Shown here in pieces: positions 18,715-30,800 of a DNA stretch of 64,000 nt. Numbering within the stretch: position 1 is the stretch's first letter; every line of letters begins with the position of its first letter. The translations under genes were made by a program, and so were the position numbers. The notes below the pieces were generated by a model that saw only the letters and a program-made list of their open reading frames with translations, did no database searches and was not told the origin of the DNA. Source of the DNA: an uncultured Bacteroidales bacterium (lineage in GTDB: Bacteria > Bacteroidota > Bacteroidia > Bacteroidales > UBA10428); the NCBI GenBank assembly GCA_963822145.1, contig CAWGGG010000004.1, forward strand, positions 1,252,972-1,316,971. The letters run 5' to 3'.

Positions 18715-19494
18715 ATGACTAATCCGCTGCACGATCTCTTTAATGAATATGAAAGATTGCTTGACAGTCAGGTTTTCAATCCCGCTGAATTGGATTACAG
18801 GATACTCGATTATCATATTCCCTTGCTGGAACAAATAGATGTTGTGGACAGCGGTTGTATTTCCATTTTCGATTTGTATCAGCGAAAACATGTTTATTAT
18901 TCATCCAAATTCGAAGAAGTCCTGGGCTGGGACGCTAAACTTGCTGTTGAAGATGTTGGCTATACCAACAGCCTGATTCATCCTGATGATTTGTATTTAT
19001 TATTCAAGGCTGGAGTTTATTACATTTCCCTTGGATTCGCTTTGAAAAACCGGAGAGATAGCAAAAATTACAAGACGATTTTCGAATACCGAGTAAGGGG
19101 AAAGGGCGGCAAATTCGTAAGGATCATTGAACAACAGGTGCCTTTAGAATTTGACAAGTCAGGCAACGTATGGCTGGCGCTGAGCCTGGTAGATCTTTCA
19201 CCTGATAATGATCTGAAAAGTCCTTTTCGGGGCAGGTTGAAAAACCAGGTAACCGGGGACCTGTATTCTTTTCCGCCAGAAGAAGATCTTTTCCGGGCAA
19301 AAACCTCACTGACAAACCGTGAAAAGGAGATATTGGCACTCATAGCCCGGGGGCTGATCAGTAAGGAAATTGCCGATAAATTATATATCAGCGTAAATAC
19401 TGTAAATACGCACCGTCAGAGAATAATTGAAAAACTTAATGTAAGCAATACCTATGAGGCAATCAGATATGCGCATGACAGGGGAATCTTTTAA
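18715..19494 (+). CDS. LuxR-family transcriptional regulator (PAS-like N-terminal domain plus C-terminal HTH)
   Basis: 259-aa ORF. C-terminal motif LTNREKEILALIARGLISKEIADKLYISVNTVNTHRQRIIEKL. It is divergent from the receptor gene. Confidence 0.8.
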   Translation: MTNPLHDLFNEYERLLDSQVFNPAELDYRILDYHIPLLEQIDVVDSGCISIFDLYQRKHVYYSSKFEEVLGWDAKLAVEDVGYTNSLIHPDDLYLLFKAGVYYISLGFALKNRRDSKNYKTIFEYRVRGKGGKFVRIIEQQVPLEFDKSGNVWLALSLVDLSPDNDLKSPFRGRLKNQVTGDLYSFPPEEDLFRAKTSLTNREKEILALIARGLISKEIADKLYISVNTVNTHRQRIIEKLNVSNTYEAIRYAHDRGIF

Positions 19495-19497
19495 TAA

Positions 19498-19521
19498 TGT
19501 GCAAATGTGTAAATGTGCAAA
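19498..19521 (+). repeat. Tandem octamer array (TGTGYAAA) x3 just after the LuxR stop codon
   Basis: tgtgcaaa tgtgtaaa tgtgcaaa, the same unit and orientation as the array at 16119-16206. Confidence 0.9.
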
Positions 19522-19572
19522 TTTTAAAAAGGTGGGTGGTTTATTATTAAATAGTTTATTATTATAGGTTTT

Positions 19573-19965
19573 ATGGCTAAAGAATATACCGATGATTTAT
19601 TGCTGGATTTCGGATCAGATGGAAATTTGCTGATACCGGTAATTACCCAGGATTTTAGAACGAAGAATGTTTTAATCCTCGCCTATACCAATAAAGCAGC
19701 ATTTGAAGAAACCAGGTGCAGCGGATATGCCACATACTTCAGCAGAAGCAGGAAGGAGATCTGGAAAAAAGGAATGATATCCGGTGATTTATTGAAAATA
19801 GTGGAGATCAGGGTCAATTGTGAGCAGAATTCGCTCCTATATCTGGTAACCATTGAAGGGAAGGGGTCCTGTCATGCCCTCAGGAAAGATGGCCTGCCCT
19901 ATTCTACCTGTTTCTACCGCCGTATCGTACCTGGTGAAAACAAGCTGGATATTGTTGATAAATAG
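19573..19965 (+). CDS. hisI: Phosphoribosyl-AMP cyclohydrolase-like protein (monofunctional HisI)
   Basis: 130-aa ORF. HisI-like motifs: IPVITQD..TKNVLILAYTNKAAFEET...ATYFSRSRKEIWKKG..SGD.L.IVEIRVNCEQNSLLYLV. Confidence 0.7.
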   Translation: MAKEYTDDLLLDFGSDGNLLIPVITQDFRTKNVLILAYTNKAAFEETRCSGYATYFSRSRKEIWKKGMISGDLLKIVEIRVNCEQNSLLYLVTIEGKGSCHALRKDGLPYSTCFYRRIVPGENKLDIVDK

Positions 19966-19975
19966 AATTACAAGA

Positions 19976-20617
19976 TCAGAAGCGGACGAAAAGTCCGAAT
20001 ACTCCCAGTAATATCAAAACTACACCAGAAAGCAACTTCTCATGATGATCCAGAAAATGTGACTGAATCGCCCGGACACCTTTATTGCCCAAATAAACCA
20101 ATAATACCATCCCCGAGACTGTAATCATTACGTAGATCAGGGAAACTAAAATTATCCCGGGCCAACCTTTTGATCCTGCCTGAAAATAGTAAGCTTCAAT
20201 TTCGATACAAGGGCTCAGGAACATGGCGAATGCCAGGGAGGTTATAATGGCCCATTTTGAACGATTCCGGATCTTTCCTGCATCTGTTCCATGAACATGC
20301 CTGTGGTGCTTTAACAGGTCGATAACCAGGTAGATCAGCCCCAGGATTATCAAAACAGCCGGAGCGACCGTTTCAGCAATGAAGGCATAATTCCTGCTGA
20401 GGCTGATACCGATTATGCCAATGGTAATCCCGACCAACACAGTACTCAGCGTATGTGCAAAGCCACTGATGGCGGCAACCATTAACGTATCCTTCTGCGA
20501 CCAGTTTTCTGCCCTGCCAAGGGCAACCACGGGCAACCAGTGATTAGGAATGGCAGCATGTACAAGACTCAATAAAACACTTCCAAGAAACAACTGCAGC
20601 ATGTCAGAGAGGATCAT
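19976..20617 (-). CDS. Polytopic membrane protein with a His-rich loop, putative metal-ion transporter
   Basis: 213-aa ORF with about 6 hydrophobic helices, an HAAIPNHW motif and the loop LLKHHRHVHGTD. The functional call is weak. Confidence 0.55.
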   Translation of the reverse strand: MILSDMLQLFLGSVLLSLVHAAIPNHWLPVVALGRAENWSQKDTLMVAAISGFAHTLSTVLVGITIGIIGISLSRNYAFIAETVAPAVLIILGLIYLVIDLLKHHRHVHGTDAGKIRNRSKWAIITSLAFAMFLSPCIEIEAYYFQAGSKGWPGIILVSLIYVMITVSGMVLLVYLGNKGVRAIQSHFLDHHEKLLSGVVLILLGVFGLFVRF

Positions 20618-20705
20618 AGCGTGATCAACAAATATAAACGTTTTGATTGATCGAATCCCGGCAGGGGTATAAAAAAACTAACATAATTTGCATACCTGTT
20701 GAAAT

Positions 20706-20749
20706 CCCGGTGCTAAGTTTGCGCATTGATCAATGCAGCCTGCACCGGG
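20706..20749 (-). terminator. Long hairpin downstream of porP/sprF (possible terminator, no clear U-tract)
   Basis: CCCGGTGC (20706-20713) pairs with GCACCGGG (20742-20749). They enclose the palindrome GCATTGATCAATGC. Confidence 0.3.
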
Positions 20750-20788
20750 CTTCTTTATTCCGTTTATATCGGGGATTTAAATGGAATA

Positions 20789-21790
20789 TCAATAAGTATT
20801 GAGCCATCTATAACGTCTTGCAGTATCACCAAGTTTCATGGCTGCCATAAACTCATGTGATCCATAGGTATGGCTCATTAAGGGATTAAAGTTATAATCA
20901 AAAGCATACCCTACAAAATACCGATCGAATTTCGCACCAAAGAAAAAGATCATGGCGCCACCGGTCCTGTAAGACAACCCCGCCCAATAGTCTGACTTAT
21001 AGAGTACTTTCCCCGTAATATCCAGCTGCGCTTTTGTTGCGACAGGTATCTTAACCAGCATGGAAGGTTCCACGGCGAAATTCTCATTAATATTATAGTA
21101 ATACCCGGCGAGAAGATTATAATTTCTGTTTATCGAATAATCACTGCCGTTGTTGTCGCCAAACTGAATGGATGACTGAAAAATCTGCATGATAGAGATA
21201 CCTCCGTAAAGGGAGGCTGAAGTATAATAAACCCCGAAATTGGCATCCGGAATATAAAGCGTGCCTTTCGAACCGTCTATAAGAGGGTCCGGCATTTCAT
21301 CAGAAAGGTGTAACTCCGATTTGTTCAGCTTTATCTGATAAAAAACACCCGACAGGCCAAAAGACAACTGGCCCTCCTTAATCGCCAGGTGATAGGCATA
21401 TGTCCCTTCCAATCCTGTACGGTCAAGGGGACCAAAATGGTCATTATAAACATGAGCTGCCCATCCCACTCTTCCGGACCGGGAGCTGAGCCTTTTCTTT
21501 TTGCGAACGGAAACGTTTTTGGAAATAAAACTGTTCCGAAGCAATCGGGAATCAATGGTAATCGCATGTGTTTTTGGAGTACCATCGAGACCCACCCATT
21601 GTTCCCGGGCTAACAGGTTGATGGTTGTATAGCCATCGCTGCCGGCAGCTCCGGGATTTAATAAAAACTTATTAAAAGTATACTGGCTGTATACGGGCAG
21701 CTGCTGTGCTCCAAGCCAACAGGCTGGCAGGATCAATACCAGCATCAATATGGATTTTTTAAGTTTTCGGAGCATATTGATTGTATTCAT
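20789..21790 (-). CDS. PorP/SprF-family type IX secretion system membrane protein
   Basis: 333-aa ORF. It has a signal peptide followed by the family-typical QQLPVYSQYTFNKFLLNPGAAG. It lies 12 nt downstream of a giant T9SS type-B cargo gene. Confidence 0.85.
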   Translation of the reverse strand: MNTINMLRKLKKSILMLVLILPACWLGAQQLPVYSQYTFNKFLLNPGAAGSDGYTTINLLAREQWVGLDGTPKTHAITIDSRLLRNSFISKNVSVRKKKRLSSRSGRVGWAAHVYNDHFGPLDRTGLEGTYAYHLAIKEGQLSFGLSGVFYQIKLNKSELHLSDEMPDPLIDGSKGTLYIPDANFGVYYTSASLYGGISIMQIFQSSIQFGDNNGSDYSINRNYNLLAGYYYNINENFAVEPSMLVKIPVATKAQLDITGKVLYKSDYWAGLSYRTGGAMIFFFGAKFDRYFVGYAFDYNFNPLMSHTYGSHEFMAAMKLGDTARRYRWLNTY

Positions 21791-21802
21791 AGGGTTTCAG
21801 TT

Positions 21803-24800
21803 TTATCGGATTATAGTGATAGTACCCGCAACTGGCTCGACACCGTCAATTTTAAGATCAATAATATAATAGTAGGTATCCATAGGCAAATCTTTGCCAT
21901 TCGTTCCGGTGCCATTCCAGTTATTGCGGTAGCCGCCATCAGATCTGAAAACCAATCTTCCCCAACGATCAAATACTTGAATATCAGCATCAGGGAAAAG
22001 ATGTATATTGTTGATTTCCCAGTAGTCATGAACATTGTCTTCATTGGGTGTGAAAGCATTGGTAATAATGCCCAGCAACGTTTCCGGTGTACATTCCCCG
22101 ATCAAAATCTCATCGTAAGCCTGGCAGCCATTTTCATCCGTAACAGTAACACTAACCAGGCCAGCTCCTTCATGCACTGTAATGGGATTGATGATTTCAT
22201 TGGTCGACCAATCATAAACTGCAAAATCACCTGCATCGAGTATCAAAGCATTATCACCGCAAAGAATTGTATCATTGCCCAGGTTCACGACAGGATTGCT
22301 ATACTGGGATACCATCACCGTGTCAGTTCCTGAACAGGAATATGCATCCCAAACCTTCACGGAAACCTCTCCGGCAGTTGTTGCTGTATAAATAGGCCCT
22401 TCGGAATTATCTTGCCATAGATAATTTGTGAATTGATCCGTCAAATCGAATGTATAACTATCATTCCCGCAAAGAGCAACCTCACCACCCAGATCAGGAT
22501 CCGGCTGAGATATCATGACCAGCGTATCGCGAATGGCACTGACACAGCCGTCTGCACTTGTTTTCTCCAGTTGAAGTGTATAATCGCCCGCCGGAAAATC
22601 CCAGTCGATTTCGAAATTCACTGTATCCAGTATCATGGAATCCAGCTCCGGTATCCTCCAGTTATAGGAAGACAAATGATCAGGATTCCTGACATAATAA
22701 TAGGCATTGGATTGTCCGTAGCATTCAACATCCACATATCCCTCCGGGAATGAACCCGTATGGGCTGAAGCAATCATCTCAGCCACAGGGATTTCAAAAG
22801 CATGCGAATGGGCACTGCTATCCCAGGTTCCAACACATCCGGAAAGGGTATTCATAGCCCTGGCCCAAACCTGTAATGAGGAACCTTCTGCAATGCTGGC
22901 CTCGTATTCGAAAGGCGGTGAGCTTACAGTTTCAATCACAGTAATACCTCCATCCAGTGAAAACTCAACCTGATCGCCATGGGTGACCATTGCGGAGAAA
23001 ACAACATCACCTGCACCACAACGGTCGGCACTTTCAACAGAAACCGTCGGAATTGAATTAACGGTGATATAATCCACCTTGAGCAGGGTATCACTGATAC
23101 CGTTCTCAACAATGAGTTGTACCGATTTCGATCCTGCAGTCAGGTATTGCACTGTATGAGGTCCCATTCCGGTTGCTGAGGCTGGAACGGCATCTGCGCC
23201 AAAACTCCATTGGTAGGTTCCTGTTGCCATTCCTTGAGACGCATCAGTGAAAAGAACAGATTCTCCGAGACAAATCACGGTGTCGTTGGCAATGAAACCA
23301 GCTGATATATTGCAGCCCAGTATGGTGATTGCCAGAGAAACAGGATCGCCCTGACAACCAGAGGCATCTGTTTCGATAACAGTAACATTACCACTCTGCA
23401 TTCCGAAATCAATCAGGATCTGATTATTCCCAGGACCGGTCTCCCCCGAAGCAATAGTAGCATCCGTAGGTACGCTCCAACTATAGCTTGATCCAGCGGT
23501 AACTGCAACGCTATAGGCAACACCAGTGGCCATACAGCTTGGTGCCACCGCTCCAGTAATGGAGGAGGTTAGCGGGAAGGAGGTTACTGAAGTATGAGTA
23601 GCAGCAACGGGACCATTACAGCCGAATGCAGTTGCGGTGATGGTAGATGTTCCGTACCAGTCTGCATCATAAGTGACCTCTCCTGAGGCTGAATTAATGG
23701 TATTGCCTGCTGCTGTTGAACCTGCATCCAATGTATAGGTTATACCTGTACTGTTGCTTGCCGTAGCAGTATAAACCACGGTTCCAGCGGAATGGCATCG
23801 TGTTGATGTAATTCCCGCATCAAATACAGGCACGCCAACCGATTGAATAACTGTTATCGGATAGCTGGCACTTACTGTGCCGTTGCCACAGGCATTCACT
23901 CCCTGTACCGTGAGCGTGCCCGAGGTCGCGTTCGCTGCAAAGCTGATCGTTACCGCATTCGTCGTGCCGCCCGTGATCGTGGCCCCTGTGCCGCTGTAAC
24001 TCCATGTATAGGATGTGGCATTCGTTATCGCCCCCACACTGTATGATACGTTATTCTGTCCCTGGCATACGGGTGATGTTCCCGTGATCGCCCCGGCTGC
24101 TGCCGGCAACGGGTTCACCGTTATCGCGTATCCTGCACTTACCGTTCCGTTGCCACAGGCATTCACTCCCTGTACCGTGAGCGTGCCCGAGGTCGCGTTC
24201 GCTGCAAAGCTGATCGTTACCGCATTCGTCGTGCCGCCCGTGATCGTGGCCCCTGTGCCGCTGTAACTCCATGTATAGGATGTGGCATTCGTTATCGCCC
24301 CCACACTGTATGATACGTTATTCTGTCCCTGGCATACGGGTGATGTCCCCGTGATCGCCCCGGCTGCGCCCGGTAACGGGTTAACTGTTATGGGATATCC
24401 TGTGCTTACCGTTCCGCTGCCGCAGGCATTCACTCCCTGTACCGTGAGCGTGCCCGAGGTCGCGTTCGCTGCAAAGCTGATCGTTACCGCATTCGTCGTG
24501 CCGCCCGTGATCGTGGCCCCTGTGCCGCTGTAACTCCATGTATAGGATGTGGCATTCGTTATCGCCCCCACACTGTATGATACGTTATTCTGTCCCTGGC
24601 ATACGGGTGATGTCCCCGTGATCGCCCCGGCTGCGCCCGGTAACGGGTTAACTGTTATGGGATATCCTGTGCTTACCGTTCCGCTGCCACAGGCATTCAC
24701 TCCCTGTACCGTGAGCGTACCCGAGGTCGCGTTCGCTGCAAAGCTGATCGTTACCGCATTCGTCGTGCCGCCCGTGATCGTGGCCCCTGTGCCGCTGTAA

Positions 24801-27800
24801 CTCCATGTATAGGATGTGGCATTCGTTATCGCCCCCACACTGTATGATACGTTATTCTGTCCCTGGCATACGGGTGATGTCCCCGTGATCGCCCCGGCTG
24901 CGCCCGGTAACGGGTTAACTGTTATGGGATATCCTGTGCTTACCGTTCCGCTGCCGCAGGCATTCACTCCCTGTACCGTGAGCGTGCCCGAGGTCGCGTT
25001 CGCTGCAAAGCTGATCGTTACCGCATTCGTCGTGCCGCCCGTGATCGTGGCCCCTGTGCCGCTGTAACTCCATGTATAGGATGTGGCATTCGTTATCGCC
25101 CCCACACTGTATGATACGTTATTCTGTCCCTGGCATACGGGTGATGTTCCCGTGATCGCCCCGGCTGCGCCCGGTAACGGGTTAACTGTTATGGGATATC
25201 CTGTGCTTACCGTTCCGCTGCCGCAGGCATTCACTCCCTGTACCGTGAGCGTGCCCGAGGTCGCGTTCGCTGCAAAGCTGATCGTTACCGCATTCGTCGT
25301 GCCGCCCGTGATCGTGGCCCCTGTGCCGCTGTAACTCCATGTATAGGATGTGGCATTCGTTATCGCCCCCACACTGTATGATACGTTATTCTGTCCCTGG
25401 CATACGGGTGATGTCCCCGTGATCGCCCCGGCTGCTGCCGGCAACGGGTTAACTGTTATGGGATATCCTGTGCTCACCGTTCCGCTACCGCAGGCATTCA
25501 CTCCCTGTACCGTGAGCGTGCCCGAGGTCGCGTTCGCTGCAAAGCTGATCGTTACCGCATTCGTCGTGCCGCCCGTGATCGTGGCCCCTGTGCCGCTGTA
25601 ACTCCATGTATAGGATGTGGCATTCGTTATCGCCCCCACACTGTATGATACGTTATTCTGTCCCTGGCATACGGGTGATGTCCCCGTGATCGCCCCGGCT
25701 GCGCCCGGTAACGGGTTCACCGTTATCGCGTATCCTGCACTTACCGTTCCGTTGCCACAGGCATTCACTCCCTGTACCGTGAGCGTGCCCGAGGTCGCGT
25801 TCGCTGCAAAGCTGATCGTTACCGCATTCGTCGTGCCGCCCGTGATCGTGGCCCCTGTGCCGCTGTAACTCCATGTATAGGATGTGGCATTCGTTATCGC
25901 CCCCACACTGTATGATACGTTATTCTGTCCCTGGCATACGGGTGATGTTCCCGTGATCGCCCCGGCTGCGCCCGGTAACGGGTTAACTGTTATGGGATAT
26001 CCTGTGCTTACCGTTCCGCTGCCACAGGCATTCACTCCCTGTACCGTGAGCGTACCCGAGGTCGCGTTCGCTGCAAAGCTGATCGTTACCGCATTCGTCG
26101 TGCCGCCCGTGATCGTGGCCCCTGTGCCGCTGTAACTCCATGTATAGGATGTGGCATTCGTTATCGCCCCCACACTGTATGATACGTTATTCTGTCCCTG
26201 GCATACGGGTGATGTCCCCGTGATCGCCCCGGCTGCGCCCGGTAACGGGTTAACTGTTATGGGATATCCTGTGCTTACCGTTCCGCTGCCGCAGGCATTC
26301 ACTCCCTGTACCGTGAGCGTGCCCGAGGTCGCGTTCGCTGCAAAGCTGATCGTTACCGCATTCGTCGTGCCGCCCGTGATCGTGGCCCCTGTGCCGCTGT
26401 AACTCCATGTATAGGATGTGGCATTCGTTATCGCCCCCACACTGTATGATACGTTATTCTGTCCCTGGCATACGGGTGATGTTCCCGTGATCGCCCCGGC
26501 TGCGCCCGGTAACGGGTTAACTGTTATGGGATATCCTGTGCTTACCGTTCCGCTGCCGCAGGCATTCACTCCCTGTACCGTGAGCGTGCCCGAGGTCGCG
26601 TTCGCTGCAAAGCTGATCGTTACCGCATTCGTCGTGCCGCCCGTGATCGTGGCTCCTGTGCCGCTGTAACTCCATGTATAGGATGTGGCATTCGTTATCG
26701 CCCCCACACTGTATGATACGTTATTCTGTCCCTGGCATACGGGTGATGTCCCCGTGATCGCCCCGGCTGCTGCCGGCAACGGGTTAACTGTTATGGGATA
26801 TCCTGTGCTCACCGTTCCGCCACCGCAGGCATTCACTCCCTGTACCGTGAGCGTGCCCGAGGTCGCGTTCGCTGCAAAGCTGATCGTTACCGCATTCGTC
26901 GTGCCGCCCGTGATCGTGGCCCCTGTGCCGCTGTAACTCCATGTATAGGATGTGGCATTCGTTATCGCCCCCACACTGTATGATACGTTATTCTGTCCCT
27001 GGCATACGGGTGATGTCCCCGTGATCGCCCCGGCTGCGCCCGGTAACGGGTTAATAGCAACAGTCGGGGTAGTGGTTAATTGTTCACTGCATCCATTATT
27101 GTAAGACAAAACGTTAAATGTTGTATTGCCAGTCAAAACACCGGATGGAAGATTTATGCCGCCTCCTGTTCCGGCAACGGAGGATCCTATGTTTATGACT
27201 CCCTCACGTAACTGGTAACTGAATCCGGATTGTGAGCCGGCAACATTGATTATGGCAATACTGCCATCACATACTGATGCGGGAGCGGTAACTATAAGGC
27301 TGGTTAATGGTTGCGGGTCTACTACCACATTAACAGTATTTGTGGCAAAAGTACCAGGTGAACCACTTCCCACAACATGTTCATCAACCATTACCGATCC
27401 TGCACCTGCAGAATTCCAGGTTACTGAAATTGAATTCTGAGTTGTAGAATAGGTAGCGCTGCATCCGGTACAATTACCGTTTGTAACTGTCCACCTGTAT
27501 TCATGGTTTGCCACCAGTGTGGTTGAATATCCCAAGGTGGTGCCAATACAAATATTGGAATTGGTAGGTGTAATGGAGGGCGCCGGGGTGTTTACCACTG
27601 TAATTGCCTGTATATCTGAGGATGAACAACCAGCGTTGGTTTCAATTACCTGCAGTTGGTAAACGCCAGGCGTACCTGTTATTGCAATTGTTTTAGATTC
27701 CGAACTTCCTCCGGGAATAGATCCGCCGCTTGCACCCACCCATTGCCATACATAAGTGCTTCCGCCGTGCAAAGCAGTTGAAAAAGCACGCGATTCGTTC

Positions 27801-30800
27801 ACTCCGACTGTAAAGGTTGCACCGGTGATGTCGGGTATGTATGAATTAAGAATTGTGACCGGGAATGTTGTTCCATCAACTATTCCGGAGGATGACGCAT
27901 CGGAAACCGCTGTCAGCTGAACATTGTAAGTTCCAGGTCCTCCAAAATCAGCACCTGTTAGCTGAATATTATAAGTGCCCGAACTGATCCCGGATTGAAC
28001 AAAACTGTTCGGACCAGCATTATAGGAGAGGGTCCAGTTCGGAGAACCGGTCAATACAACGGTTACTGTTATAACATCCCCATTGTTGCAGACGGATGCC
28101 GGATTTACATTTGTTATTCTTGCGGTAACACCGGTGACACCCAAGGTAAAAATGTAATTATCAGTAGCAACGGGTACACTGGTGGCAACAGTTCCGGAAG
28201 AAAGGGTACCGGCTGCCACATTACCCTTTTCTTCCCATCTGTTTGAAGGAGTAACCCATTCAGCTACCCGGGTAGAATTAACAGCGCCTATATTGCTGAA
28301 GTTATCCCAACGAAGGCGCACATTTGCAGTGTTCGCACCTGGACGCGTAACGATCCAGTATTCATTGTTGCTTACCCATGTAAGAGGGGATAATAGATTC
28401 GATCTGCTATAACTTCCATTGGGGTCATTGTTTATATATTGTACCCGCCAATCATTAGTAGCACTAACTTCTGATATTAAAACATTCCCGTAACGTGTCG
28501 GTTTACCGGCAGAAGCATTAAAATTACCCACCGGGAAATTAAAGGACTGACCCAGGAGTATTCTCTTGTTTAAAGGCCCATCAACAAATGAAGCGTCACT
28601 TCCACCTATCACTGCAAAGGGTGAGGTATTGGTAATGGTCAGCAGATTGGTACTGGTAGTATTTATTCTTCCGTTGGTGAGGTAAAGCCGGTTGGATATT
28701 TCAGCAGTGCCGGACAATGCTACTCCGGAAGGATTATTAATCCTGAAATTATAAAAATGTTCAGGATTTGGTGTCGTAATTGTCTGTAATGCCGATCCCT
28801 CAAAGGATACAACTCCCTTACCCGGTAAAAATCCGTTAGCATAACTATCTGTCCAGTTACCCCAGATGATAATATCCTTATTATAAAGCGTATTGTTCAC
28901 CTGGCTTCCGGTTATCAATAGATTACCCTTTATCAGAAGATTAACGCAGGATAAACTTTTGGCTATTGATCCCGTGAATTCAAGATTCTGGTATGTTTTA
29001 AAGGTTGGTGACACGCTGCTTGACAACATTGGGCCATTCGATCCATTGTATTCTACAGTACTTCCTGTGGTGTTCAAAAAACCGGTATAGTCACCACCGG
29101 GAAATACAAACTGGCTTGACAGGGTGTTAACGATAATAAAACGACCGTTACCGCTGACATGGCCAAAGTTATGACCAATTGTACTGTTAATATTTAAGAT
29201 GCCATTATCCAGTATTGAATAGGCAGATCTGTCATCATTGGTAATATTGATTTTGTGTCCGGCCTTAATAATGATCGGGTTACCATCGGGAGGTGATGTT
29301 GACACTGTTCCATTGTGTCCGCCAGTGGCCCAACTGGTTGCCATATTCCAATCAGCACCTGTTGTTGTGATGTTCAATGCATTGTCATAGCTATAATAAA
29401 CAGGTTTGGATGCAAAATTTATTGCTTCACCGCATGTGTATTCACCATCAATATAGGCTGTTCCGGTAAGATCAATGCTGTGATTCCCGATGTTGATAAC
29501 CCCGTGACCGAGGTTTGTCCATACATTTGAATAGTATCTTGCACCGACAAATGTGGCATTTGTTTCAAGGGTCCCCTGTATATCACCGGACAGGTATTTA
29601 TAGGAATGGGATACGGATGTGAGGCCACCGAAATCAGTGTTTGTAACATTCCAGTAATACTGCAGTTCATTGAGCGGGGCATCGGTCAAGGACGGAATTC
29701 TATTGTTAATCGGTTTAATGGTAATGGAACCGGGTGCTCCGGTATAGCTTAACGTATAGGTCGCCGGGGTATATTTGTTTGCTACACCAATTGGGAAGGT
29801 AAATGTTGCAGGTGATGAAGGAGGAAATACTTTAGTAACACCTTTGTCACTCAGCACACCGTTGGTAATAATCCAGTTATTATTCGCGGGGTTACCAGGT
29901 ACAGGGGCGGCACTGATTGAAGAAGCTGCACTTAAGGTTATTCGGTATTCATCAGCATACAGGTAACCGGAAGTTAGGGTTATTACTCCATTCAATGTGA
30001 TATCATTGGCAAGCGTCACGCCATTGGCAGCCCCATTGCTGAAATTAACATTACCAAACTGACCATTGCCATTACCCGAAATGATCTGATTTTTTGTTCC
30101 CTGTATAACCAGACTGCCTAAACCTGTGGCCGAGGCGTGAATTCCACTGTTAATGATATTGCCCTGAGCGATAATATTAAAATTATTGGCATTAATCAAT
30201 GATCCGCCGTTAATGGTAAGGGAATCGCTAATAACAGGATTCACAGCTCCTGAAAATGTAATTCCGGTTCCGGTAGTCTTGTTAATCAATAGTTTGTTGA
30301 AAGTGGTGGCAACACCAAACGTTGCACTCTGCGTGTTGCTGCCGTTAAAAATGGTGGTATTGGTTCCGGCGGTATATGTTCCGTTGTTGGTGTAATTTCC
30401 TTCAACACTAACATTTCTGTTGTTGCAATTGAGAACACTATTTGTGGCGATATTCAGATTTCCGGAAAGCACCAGCGCATTTACCATAATTCTGGCTGTA
30501 GCAACATTGGTGGCATTTCCGGTAACGGATAAGTTATGCAAATTACAGGAGGCATCAATATTGTAGGTTTGATTGCTGGTCAGTGTACCTTGCGACAGGT
30601 TCATGGTTCCTCCTGTAACATTGCTGATTTCAGGCCTGATGTAAACATCGCCGAAATCGACGCCCCCTCCCCGGATAATGTTAAGATTGCCTCCGCTGAA
30701 AGCAAAAGAGCTGCTGTTGTTGCAGATTTCAAATTTTGCACGGGTATTATCATAATTCTTACCGTAAATAGTGACGGTTCCGTTTGACTGGGTATACTGC

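Noticed and set aside
18436-18891. A 151-aa minus-strand ORF spanning the receptor start and the LuxR start.
   Set aside because: It overlaps two well-supported divergent genes and their promoter region, and it has no motif.
24015-26936. Eleven near-identical 83-aa + strand ORFs (MAFVIAPTLYDTLFCPWHTGDV...) spaced every 267 bp, plus 61-73-aa minus-strand off-frame ORFs.
   Set aside because: They are the antisense or off-frame reading of the 267-bp coding repeats of the 4364-aa minus-strand gene. Their periodicity simply mirrors the repeat, and they have no independent start context or motif.
23849-27052. A regularly spaced repeat array that could superficially look like a CRISPR or satellite locus.
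   Set aside because: The units are contiguous with no unique spacers, they are 267 bp long, and they are in-frame within a continuous ORF encoding a recognisable Ig/PKD-like domain.
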